From contig CBEUCJ010000001.1 in NCBI GenBank assembly GCA_965541615.1, forward strand, positions 131,754 to 195,753: DNA of 64,000 nt, read 5' to 3'. Below are positions 51,785 through 60,584 of this stretch, one piece after another. Numbering within the stretch: position 1 is the stretch's first letter; the number at the start of each line of letters is the position of its first letter. Position numbers and translations under genes: made by a program. Source of the stretch: an uncultured bacterium. GTDB taxonomy: Bacteria; Omnitrophota; Gorgyraeia; Duberdicusellales; CBEUCJ01. Below the pieces are notes generated by a model. It was not told the origin of the DNA, did not search any database, and saw only the letters and a program-made list of their open reading frames with translations.

Positions 51785-52881
51785 AGTTTGGAGAAAAGAT
51801 CATTAATTTTAGATTCATAAAAAGAAAAAGAAAACTCTTTAGGTAAAAAAAGTTTTTTTTCTGAAATAGGTTTTTTTATTTTTTGGATAACTTTTTCTAA
51901 TTCATTTAACTCAAATATATTTCTGCTTTTGAAGATCTCTTTTATCTCTTTTGCTCCTCCTTTGAAAGGGAAAAATACATATTTACCATAAAAAATAGCT
52001 TCTAAGATAGCTATTCCAAAAGGCTCTTCTTTTAAAAAAGGAAAAACACAAATATCTGATAAAGATAAGATTTTATCTATGTCTTTTCTGAAACCTAAAA
52101 GATATACATTTTTTAATCCTTCTTTTTCAATAAACTTTTTTATTTTCTTCTTATAAAGTTTATTTTTTAAAGTAAAAGGAGTAATCTCTCCTACAATTAA
52201 GATGATTAAATTTTTCTTTTCTTTAATCACTCTTTTATAAGTCTTTAAAAATTCAAGTTGGCCTTTTTCTGGATGGATACGGGAGATGATACTCAAAATT
52301 ATAGATTCTTTAGGAAAGCCCATTTCTTTTCTTAAAATAAATTTATCATAAAAATTAAATCTTTCTTCATCTACCCCTTCATATATAAGATATGTTTTTT
52401 TAGAAAGAAAAAGTTTTTCTTTTATCGCCTGAGATTGTACAACTATAACATCAGAAAGTGCAGAAACTATTTTTCCCAATATATAATTTAAAGGCGAAAG
52501 GAAAAAGAATTCTCTTATATACCAAACGTGTTTTTTAAAAGTTATTTTTGCTACCAAAGATGAAAAATAAATTAATAAAGAATTAGTAACGATAATGTCA
52601 ATGGGTTTTTTAATTACATAAAAAGAAAAATAAAGAAAAGAAAAAAGAGAAAATAAAAGAAACTTTAAATAATAAATTGGAGAAAGAGAAAAGATCAAAA
52701 CAGGAAGAGGAAAGATAATAATTTTTACATTCAATTTTTTTAATTCTTCTTCTAAAGGCCCCTTTTTAGGAATAACACAGATAATCTCAAATTTTTTTGA
52801 TAACGCTTTTATTAAATTGATCAATCCTCTTTCAGCTCCATAAAGATAATTTCCTGGGTTAAATATAAGAATTTTTTTCAT
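51781..52881 (-). CDS. Glycosyltransferase family 4
   Basis: YGAE, RI.PEKGQ, LGFR.D, EPFG...LEA. Confidence 0.88.
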   Translation of the reverse strand: MKKILIFNPGNYLYGAERGLINLIKALSKKFEIICVIPKKGPLEEELKKLNVKIIIFPLPVLIFSLSPIYYLKFLLFSLFSFLYFSFYVIKKPIDIIVTNSLLIYFSSLVAKITFKKHVWYIREFFFLSPLNYILGKIVSALSDVIVVQSQAIKEKLFLSKKTYLIYEGVDEERFNFYDKFILRKEMGFPKESIILSIISRIHPEKGQLEFLKTYKRVIKEKKNLIILIVGEITPFTLKNKLYKKKIKKFIEKEGLKNVYLLGFRKDIDKILSLSDICVFPFLKEEPFGIAILEAIFYGKYVFFPFKGGAKEIKEIFKSRNIFELNELEKVIQKIKKPISEKKLFLPKEFSFSFYESKINDLFSKL

Positions 52882-53723
52882 TTTTTGAGCATGTTAGGTA
52901 ATTCTTTAAATATCTGAAAAAAATAAGGATTAGTAAGAGCAAAATATAAAGATCTGGTTATTTCGTAAGGAAAGCTTTTTAAGAAAAATAAGAAAGATTT
53001 TTTCTTATGATATTTTAATATAACATATAATCTGTTTCTAAAGCACAAATATTTTCTTAATTTTTTAGATATAGGAAAGCCTCCTCCATAATGAAAACAG
53101 ATAAGTTGAGGAAAAAAATTAGTCTTAATATTATATTTTTTCATTTTCATATATAAATCTAATTCTTCAAAAAGAAAAAATATTTTATTATCGAAGACTT
53201 CTCCTTTTTCTTTTATTTTTTCTAAAATTTCCTTTTTAAAGATAGCACAACATAAATTAGGAGCATCTACAAAAAAGGAAGAAGAAAACTTTTTTGGAGA
53301 TTGGTTTTTTCCAATATCATATATTCTATAGAAAGAGCTTATTTTCAATCCACAAGAAAAGATTTTTTTATTTTTTTGATTGATAATTTTAGGAGCAATG
53401 ACAAAATCTATTTTATTTTGAGATATTATTTTTTCTAATTCAAAGAAAAAATTTTTCTCTAAAAAAGCATCACTATCCATGAACATAATAAAATCTCCAT
53501 TTGCTTTTTTAATACCTTCATTGCGAAAAAAACAAGCTCCTTTATTTTCTTTAAATGGAATTATTTTGAAATTATTCGATAATTTTAAATTTTTTTTCAA
53601 AGATATTTTCCCAACCAGAAGAATTTCTATTTTATAAGATTTTTTTTGGTAAAATGATGAAAGAAAATTTAATGTTGAAGGGATTAAATCATTTCCTATA
53701 GGGATAATTACAGATATTTTCAT
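52878..53723 (-). CDS. Glycosyltransferase family 2
   Basis: ISVIIP, RN.G...A.GD, FMDSD, FEE.D, RNR. Confidence 0.88.
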   Translation of the reverse strand: MKISVIIPIGNDLIPSTLNFLSSFYQKKSYKIEILLVGKISLKKNLKLSNNFKIIPFKENKGACFFRNEGIKKANGDFIMFMDSDAFLEKNFFFELEKIISQNKIDFVIAPKIINQKNKKIFSCGLKISSFYRIYDIGKNQSPKKFSSSFFVDAPNLCCAIFKKEILEKIKEKGEVFDNKIFFLFEELDLYMKMKKYNIKTNFFPQLICFHYGGGFPISKKLRKYLCFRNRLYVILKYHKKKSFLFFLKSFPYEITRSLYFALTNPYFFQIFKELPNMLKK

Positions 53724-53772
53724 GGAAGTTTATTATACATAAGTTTTAAAAACAAACAAACTTTTTAAGTAA

Positions 53773-54230
53773 GATATTGTAAAATATCTTATATAAATTC
53801 TTTAATGACCTAAACAAAAAAGACTATACCCTTCTAAAAGAAAGGAAATGGCAGGTTTGTGAAAAAGTTAATTTAATTCTGAAGGAATTTACTCCTAAAA
53901 AGCACTTAAGTAAGGATATTTTGCTGAAGAAAGTATCTTCACAAGATATGAAAAGTAAAGCAAGTAATAAAAGAATTATTAGAATATACTCTAAGTAAGG
54001 AATTAGAAGCTATGATCAAAAGCAAAAAGATACCAACATACAAAAAGTAGCGTTAAATATTTAATTAGGCAGTATAATTAATCAATTTTTGAAGAAAAAA
54101 ACTAATTGATAATTATTTTTCCTGATAAAGATATTTTCTCAAGATAAAAAATAAGGAATTGAGTTAAATATATTTTATCTGTAGCGATGAGAAATATATA
54201 GGAAATACCTTAAAAGAAAATTATCAGAAA
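53773..54230 (+). mobile_element. Degenerate IS256-family relic (left end and transposase N-terminus)
   Basis: 53773-53800 matches the reverse complement of the IS end at 28262-28289 at 19/28 positions by hand alignment; broken frames give KELLEYTLSKELEAMIK / KRYQHTKS. Confidence 0.5.
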
Positions 54231-54296
54231 CATAGAAAAAAGAAGAATTTTTTAATAAAATTAGCTTTAATAAAATTGTTTTAAAGGAGGTGCGGT

Positions 54297-54590
54297 ATGT
54301 GTAGAGAGGAGATAATAGAAAAAATTTTAGTACCCAATGAAGAGATAATTTCATTTAAGGAGATTGATGGAGAGATCGTTTTTTTTCACAAAGAAGAGAG
54401 AAATCTTTATGAATTGAATGAGACAGCAAATTTTATTTGGAAAGAGTTAATTAAAGGAAAGAAACCTAAAGATGTTATAAGAAGTATGCAAAAAAAGTTT
54501 AAAGAAATAAAAAAAGAAGTTTTAGAAAAAGATGTTTTGGATTTTATAAAAAAATTAATTGACAAAAAAATATTTTTGGTCAAAAAATGA
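54297..54590 (+). CDS. Stand-alone PqqD-family RiPP recognition element (RRE)
   Basis: EIDGEIV......Y.LNETA.FIW..L........I...F......L..DV..FI..L; SD AAGGAGGT. Confidence 0.9.
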   Translation: MCREEIIEKILVPNEEIISFKEIDGEIVFFHKEERNLYELNETANFIWKELIKGKKPKDVIRSMQKKFKEIKKEVLEKDVLDFIKKLIDKKIFLVKK

Positions 54591-54674
54591 ATAAAAAATT
54601 ACATAAGGATGTAACTGGAGATGTAAACATTGTTATATAATTAAGAATTCGATAAAAGGTATTAACTTTTTCAA

Positions 54675-55880
54675 ATGGATCGAGAGTTTGAAGTAATCAA
54701 ATACTTAACAAAAGAAGTAGTATATGGAAGATATAAAGAACATTTGATAAATTTTTTAACTTCTACTAAGTTAGAGTGGGAAAAGTTAAAGTTCATGTTA
54801 CTTTACAATGAGTTAGCTTCTTTTTTATATATAATATTAAAAAACAATTCCTTATCTCTTCCTTTTGATTTTCTTTCTTTTCTTAAGAATGTCTATTATA
54901 GAGACTTATTTAGATATATTGTATTATTTAATGAGTTATTGACTATACTAGATGCGGCTAATAAGAAGTCAATTCTTATCATACCCATAAAAGGTTTTTC
55001 TATCGGTGAAGAGTATTACAAAAAATTCGGTTTTAGACCTTTGAGTGACATAGATTTATTAATTAAAGAGGAAGAATTAGAAAAAGGAATAAAACTTTTA
55101 TGCGAATTAGGATATGAGAAAAATTTTTTTGGAGCTAAAGAAAGTTATTGGCGTAATAAACAATGTCATATAAACTTTCTAAAAAGAAATAAAAACGGAT
55201 CTATTCTAGTAGAACTTCATTGGTCTTTAGATTTTAAAAGAGACAATAAATATGCCCTTTCTTGTTTATGGAAAAGATTGAAGAAAGTAAAAATAAAAGA
55301 TAAAGAAATTTTTGTTATGGCACCAGAGGATACTTTATTTTCTCTAGCACTTCATCAAAGAAGATTTGGGAAAGTATTTAATCTCAAATATATTTGTGAT
55401 GTAGGCATTATCTTAGAAAAGGAAAAACTTAATTGGGAATATATAATCGAGGCTGCTTATCGAGAAAGAATTAAAGCTTCTTTGTATTTTTTACTATATC
55501 AGACACAGATTATTTTAGATAAAGATCTCAGTAAGTATTTAAAAAAACTAAGAATTAGTTCTTGGCATAAAAGACTAATTTCTTGTGTTATTAGAAAATA
55601 TACAAAATCTTTTATAACTCCTTTTAATCTAAAATATGTCTATACAATTTGTCATTTTCTTCTCTACGACAATATACTCTATCCTATCAAATACGTTTTT
55701 ACTGTTCCTCAGGAACAATTTGCAAAATTTTATCATCTTCCTTTTTATACACCAACTACAGAGAGACTTTATAAACTAAGATATTTATATATTCCTTATA
55801 AAACTGTTAAGGAATTGTTGGATAGGAAAATCTTTAAACGGAATTTTTTAGAAAAATTTAATAGCTGTTTATTTTTGTAA
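54675..55880 (+). CDS. Uncharacterised nucleotidyltransferase (NTP_transf_5-like)
   Basis: IKG.....YY....R..SDIDLLI, L..LGY, VELHW, PED....L..H. Confidence 0.88.
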   Translation: MDREFEVIKYLTKEVVYGRYKEHLINFLTSTKLEWEKLKFMLLYNELASFLYIILKNNSLSLPFDFLSFLKNVYYRDLFRYIVLFNELLTILDAANKKSILIIPIKGFSIGEEYYKKFGFRPLSDIDLLIKEEELEKGIKLLCELGYEKNFFGAKESYWRNKQCHINFLKRNKNGSILVELHWSLDFKRDNKYALSCLWKRLKKVKIKDKEIFVMAPEDTLFSLALHQRRFGKVFNLKYICDVGIILEKEKLNWEYIIEAAYRERIKASLYFLLYQTQIILDKDLSKYLKKLRISSWHKRLISCVIRKYTKSFITPFNLKYVYTICHFLLYDNILYPIKYVFTVPQEQFAKFYHLPFYTPTTERLYKLRYLYIPYKTVKELLDRKIFKRNFLEKFNSCLFL

Positions 55881-56608
55881 GAAGAAGGAATATAAATATA
55901 AATATTCTCTCTTTTCTTTACTACTTCTAAACCTTTCTTAATTAAATGTGATCCTACGCCTCTAGCACGATATAATAGTTTTACATAAGGACCTAGAAAT
56001 AAAATATTATGAGAATTTTTATCTTTTAATATCCAAAGTTTACCTATAGGGATTTTCTCTATTACAGCTACAAGTTTATAGAGAATTACCCAAGAGGGAT
56101 TAGGAAAAAAAATATTATAAAAACTTCTAAATAAAATTTCTTCCTCTTCTTTTCTAACTAAAATATACTTCACCTTCTTTAAAGGAAATAATTTTTTTAA
56201 TAATTTTCTAAAAAAATTAGAAGAATAAAGAATTTCTGTAAATAAATAAGTCGATTCTTTTAAAAAAGAAAAGAAGTTTACAAAAATATAATATAAAAAA
56301 GTATTTTCAAATTTTAAATATTTCAACTTATCTTTTCTATATACGCCTATCACTTTTCCCAAGATATCCTTTGCTTTAACTTTTTCTTTTTTCCAAAAAT
56401 TGAAATCTCCTTTGGTATAAATAATATTATTGTTTTTATCTATTTTTATAACTCTATGGCATATGTACTGCCTTTTTTTTCTAAAAATAATAATATCTCG
56501 AAGAAAAATCTGTGATAAGTTAGTTTTTTTGACTAAAATTTTTTCTTGATTTCTTATAGTAGGATACATACTTTGACCTCTTGAGAGTAAATAAAAGATT
56601 CTTCTCAT
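55796..56608 (-). CDS. S26/S24 signal-peptidase-like domain fused to a GNAT-like domain
   Basis: G.SMYPT...D...F....CHRV...TKGD.N (Ser/His type); C-terminal YV..LYRARGVGSHL acetyl-CoA motif; no N-terminal TM anchor. Confidence 0.8.
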   Translation of the reverse strand: MRRIFYLLSRGQSMYPTIRNQEKILVKKTNLSQIFLRDIIIFRKKRQYICHRVIKIDKNNNIIYTKGDFNFWKKEKVKAKDILGKVIGVYRKDKLKYLKFENTFLYYIFVNFFSFLKESTYLFTEILYSSNFFRKLLKKLFPLKKVKYILVRKEEEEILFRSFYNIFFPNPSWVILYKLVAVIEKIPIGKLWILKDKNSHNILFLGPYVKLLYRARGVGSHLIKKGLEVVKKRENIYIYIPSSYKNKQLLNFSKKFRLKIFLSNNSLTVL

Positions 56609-57474
56609 TTAATAATTTTTAATTAATTCCAAAATTATTAAGAGTGAGAGTTTCAAAAAATCTTTGTTTTATATTCGGGATGACTTCCATAGAGATTTTC
56701 ACCAAAAAATTAATCAAAAGATATTTTCATCTTCTATAAGTACCCCATATTTTTATCCCTTTCTACTAAAACTTCAAATTCAGATATATCATTAACTAAT
56801 AAAGCAGTCAATAGTTTTGTTATTACTTCCATAAGAAAAATAGCAATTAGCTCAGATTTTGTTTTATTGTGATGTTTTTATTTTTTAAACAAATTTTGGA
56901 TTAGAGAGTTTATAGTGAAACATTGTTTCTTTATAAAATATCAAGAAGATAAAAAGCATATTCTCTCCTTAAGAGACGAGTATTTTTTAATTGAAGAGAT
57001 GAAAAAACCAAGACTAAGATAGGCTGATATATTCTCATACTGCCACAAATAGAATATCAGAACAAAATTAAAAGATAAAAAAGTTGCAGAGAATTAAAAA
57101 AATATAGAGTTTTTGAATATAATCAAATCGATGTAAAAAAGATTCAAAAATATTCCTAACCTTTGGGTTTATATGGAAGGATTTGATATTTCCAAATGTT
57201 AAATAGCTTTTGGAGAATTATCTGCAAGAGATAGTTTCTACGTTATACTGTAAAATTTTTACATAATCATTTATTTCAAAACAAAAGTAGAAGCATTTGA
57301 GCATTCTTAATCAGAGGAAAATATCTATTCTCTTTAAAAGAAAAAGGAGTAAAATATAGAAAATAGTTTTTTAAAAACATTAAAAATTTATGGATAATGT
57401 AGTGTTAAGAACCTGCTCATTTTCAACTTTAGAGATTATTTTCTATTTTTCAATTTTGTTTTTAGAAAGTTAAT

Positions 57475-58560
57475 ATGAGAAAAAGAGATAAAAATATCCT
57501 TTTTACCCCTTTTCTTATCCAATGGCATATTACCGAGAGGTGTAATTGGAACTGTTTGCACTGTTATAGGAAGAGAAATTCATGTGTAGATTTACCCTTA
57601 AGTGATTTGAAGTATATTCTTCATCAGTGTTTGGGATTATTGGAAGTCTTAGATGTAAAAGATGTGCGAATAAATATTGGAGGAGGGGAGCCGTTTTTAA
57701 GAGAAGATATTTGGGATTTCATAAAGATATTAAAGAAATACAAAGAGATAAAATTGTATATTATGACAAATGGGTCTTTAATTTCTAAAGATGTAGCAAG
57801 AGCACTTTCAAAGATTAAAACTCTTAAAGGAGTTCAGGTAAGTATGGAAGGGTTAAAAGAAACTAATGATAAAATAAGAGGAAAAGGGAGTTTTGAGAAA
57901 ATAGAAAGAGCCATTCGAACTCTAGTCAAGTATAATATTTTTACTAGAGTTTCAGTGACTCTTACAAAGTTAAATTTAGAAGAAATAGAACCCTTGGTAT
58001 CATATCTTAAGGAGTTAGGAGTAAATAATGTCGGTATAAGACGGTTTGTTCCCGTAGGAAAAGGAGAAATTTTAAAAAAGTATATGCTTTCACCATTGGA
58101 GACGAGGGATTTTTATCTATTTAGAGAAGAACTTATGGATAAATATTGTGATAAAAATTTTACAATTTCTTATGGATGTGAAGATGGACTTCTTGTTCAA
58201 GAGGTTGAGAAAATAAGTAAGAAAAGGAGGAAATATCTATACTATACAAATTGTGCAGTATTAAGAAGGAGGGCTCTTACTATTCTTGATAATGGAGATA
58301 TACTTTTGTGTAGGAGGCTTCCTATAAAGATTGGCAATGTTTTTGAAAAAAACTTAGAAGAGATTTTCTTTTTTTCAACACTTGTTCAAAAAATGAGTAA
58401 TTGGAGGAATTTTCTTTCGTATTGTGAAGATTGTCCTTTTTTTTCTTATTGTTTAGGAGGAGCAAGATGTATTGCCTATGGATTCTTTAAAAAAATAGAT
58501 GCACCAGATCCTCAATGTTGGAGGCTCTTTACAGTATTACCTAATTCTGGTATAATTTAA
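57475..58560 (+). CDS. Radical SAM/SPASM domain protein (peptide maturase type)
   Basis: QWHITERCNWNCLHC (CX3CX2C), GGGEP, TNG; SPASM C...C.RLP..IGN...CEDC.....C.GGARC...DPQCW. Confidence 0.93.
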   Translation: MRKRDKNILFTPFLIQWHITERCNWNCLHCYRKRNSCVDLPLSDLKYILHQCLGLLEVLDVKDVRINIGGGEPFLREDIWDFIKILKKYKEIKLYIMTNGSLISKDVARALSKIKTLKGVQVSMEGLKETNDKIRGKGSFEKIERAIRTLVKYNIFTRVSVTLTKLNLEEIEPLVSYLKELGVNNVGIRRFVPVGKGEILKKYMLSPLETRDFYLFREELMDKYCDKNFTISYGCEDGLLVQEVEKISKKRRKYLYYTNCAVLRRRALTILDNGDILLCRRLPIKIGNVFEKNLEEIFFFSTLVQKMSNWRNFLSYCEDCPFFSYCLGGARCIAYGFFKKIDAPDPQCWRLFTVLPNSGII

Positions 58561-58578
58561 CAAAAAAGGAGTAAATAA

Positions 58579-58731
58579 GTGAAAAAGAAATTCTTAATTA
58601 ATTTTCAAGAAAGTAAGAAGAAAGATGCCATTCAAAAAAAAGTTTATCAGAAACCAAAGATAAAAAGAGTTGTCTACAAGAAGAAGAAGCTTCCTGTAGC
58701 TATAGCACAGAGTTGCGCCCTTTGTGTATAG
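58579..58731 (+). CDS. Putative RiPP precursor peptide, 50 aa (absent from ORF track)
   Basis: SD AAGGAG + GTG; MKKKFLINFQESKKKDAIQKKVYQKPKIKRVVYKKKKLPVAIAQSCALCV*; YxxP motif and C-terminal CxxC; fills the gap between the rSAM and kinase genes. Confidence 0.8.
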   Translation: MKKKFLINFQESKKKDAIQKKVYQKPKIKRVVYKKKKLPVAIAQSCALCV

Positions 58732-58744
58732 TTATTTTTAATAA

Positions 58745-59635
58745 ATGCCCTTTTCCTACCAAATAGTCCTTAATAATTTCTCTCTTTCCTTGCATATACA
58801 AGCTGAAAGTTATGTTATTCAGATAATCAGGAAATTCTTACTATATATTTCTCCATGGATTAGAATAGAGAAAATAAAAGGGTACGATAAGAATTTTCAG
58901 ATTTATTTAAAGCCTCTTTCAAAGCCATCTGTAAGACTTCTAGGTGGAGGAAACAAAATTGTGAAGGAAGAAATTAGAAATAAAGATGAGTTTATAATAT
59001 GGTCATCATGGGATGGCTCTTTTTTAAAGACCGATCTTAGGAAAAAAATAGCATATGGAGAATTAGGGAAAAATGAAGTAATAGGTATTTCTATCTTAAG
59101 ACGTTGGTTTGAGACTTTTGTATTCTTAAATAATTGTATTTTTTTACATTCAGCTAATATAAAAGTTAAAAATACATTGAGTACTCTTCTTATAATAGGC
59201 GACTCTGGAAGTGGAAAGAGCACCTTATCTTCTCTTATAAGAAATTATTTCCATTTTAAAGTCATAGATGATGATATAACAGGGTTATTGGATTTTAAAA
59301 AGATTTACTCTTTTTCAATTAGATTTATTTCTTCTTTGGGAAATTTTTTAGAAGTAGAGGCTCTAAAGTTAGAACCAATAGGAATTCCCAGGTTTATTCT
59401 ATTTGTAGAGAGAAAGAAGACAATGTCTAAATTGTGCAGATTAACTTCTAAAGAAGCTTTTAAAAGAGTATGTTTTTTTGCTGAATTTTCCTCTTTTGAT
59501 AATAAAATGTTTGAGCATAAGGTGAAGATTCTAGATAAATTAATAAATCAATGTAATTGTTTTTTGTTAATAAATGGTAAAGATATTTCTAAAGATCCTT
59601 CAAAATTAATCTCACTTTTTTCTTATATTATTTGA
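58745..59635 (+). CDS. HPr-kinase-like P-loop protein (ScmC / lasso-peptide kinase-like)
   Basis: FLHSA....LLIIGDSGSGKSTLS....IDDD, the C-terminal kinase signature of HprK-like proteins. Confidence 0.8.
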   Translation: MPFSYQIVLNNFSLSLHIQAESYVIQIIRKFLLYISPWIRIEKIKGYDKNFQIYLKPLSKPSVRLLGGGNKIVKEEIRNKDEFIIWSSWDGSFLKTDLRKKIAYGELGKNEVIGISILRRWFETFVFLNNCIFLHSANIKVKNTLSTLLIIGDSGSGKSTLSSLIRNYFHFKVIDDDITGLLDFKKIYSFSIRFISSLGNFLEVEALKLEPIGIPRFILFVERKKTMSKLCRLTSKEAFKRVCFFAEFSSFDNKMFEHKVKILDKLINQCNCFLLINGKDISKDPSKLISLFSYII

Positions 59636-60584
59636 CATTTAAAAACTTATCCCATGGGATATGGAGTCTACCCATTATACATTCACCTTTTTCATCTAAT
59701 GTAGGCAACAATAAACATCGAAATTTGCAATAAGGAAGAAGATAGCAATTTTTACACACATCTTCTATTTTTTCTCTATGTTTAAAAGGATATTTTGTGG
59801 TTTTTTTCTTTGTACACGAACTTAAAGATCCATCTGTGTCAATAACCGTTACTCCTTCTGTACAGAAATAGGAACAACCTATCATAGGAATTAATTTATA
59901 TCTTTGAGGAACTAATAAGAAAGAAAAATATCTAACTAAAGAATTTTTACCAAAATAATGATTAAAATCATAGAGTAGTCTATTTAAAATGTCGAAAAAA
60001 TCGTGATGGGGCAAATAATCTTTTCTGTTTTTCGAAAAAACAGGAATTTCTCTTTCCCAAAATATTTCATCTATTAGTTCTTCCTTTAAGAGTTTAATTA
60101 CCAATGAGATTAACCAGTTATATGATGTTTTTCGCAGTAAAGTAACTACTACTTTTATTTTAATATTTTCTTTCTTAACATATCTAAGATATTTAAAAGC
60201 TTCTTTTTGATTTCTCCAAAAATTTCTATACTTGTCTAGAGAAATGGTTAAAGTTAAATGGTTACGTTGTATGAAATCTATACGTTCTTCAATTTTATCT
60301 TTTCTAAAGAAAAAATCAGGATTAGAGGTAATTTCTATATCTACGTCAGGAAAGTTTTTAGAGACGATACTTGCTATTTCATTTAATTTATGAATATCTA
60401 TAGTAAAAGGTTCTCCACCGTGGATAATAACTTTTTGGATTTCTTCTTTTTTAATTTTTTTTATAGATTCCATTAATACGGTCGGAGTTATCATTCTCTT
60501 GGGTGTTTTTTTTACATAACAATGAGGGCATCTAAAAGGGCAGTAATTGGTAGTTTCAATGACTAAAGTTTTTGGAAATGTCAT
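59628..60584 (-). CDS. Radical SAM protein with SPASM/twitch Cys-rich tail
   Basis: TNYCPFRCPHCY, HGGEP, ISLD; C..FC...IDTDG...SC...CKNC.....C...C. Confidence 0.88.
   Translation of the reverse strand: MTFPKTLVIETTNYCPFRCPHCYVKKTPKRMITPTVLMESIKKIKKEEIQKVIIHGGEPFTIDIHKLNEIASIVSKNFPDVDIEITSNPDFFFRKDKIEERIDFIQRNHLTLTISLDKYRNFWRNQKEAFKYLRYVKKENIKIKVVVTLLRKTSYNWLISLVIKLLKEELIDEIFWEREIPVFSKNRKDYLPHHDFFDILNRLLYDFNHYFGKNSLVRYFSFLLVPQRYKLIPMIGCSYFCTEGVTVIDTDGSLSSCTKKKTTKYPFKHREKIEDVCKNCYLLPYCKFRCLLLPTLDEKGECIMGRLHIPWDKFLNVK

Noticed and set aside
54200-54284. Possible decayed second precursor upstream of pqqD (ENYQKHRKKK, similar to VYQKPKIK)
   Set aside because: Low-complexity A-rich match, no start codon or Cys core; equally explained as an IS256 fragment
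58729-58775. Stop-codon read-through extending the precursor core
   Set aside because: No evidence of recoding; TAG and TGA both end conserved genes normally in this window
54297-59635. Classical lasso peptide or PQQ biosynthesis cluster
   Set aside because: No asparagine-synthetase-like cyclase or transglutaminase-like protease, no pqqB/pqqC, and the peptide lacks the lasso ring acceptor and the PqqA ExxxY motif
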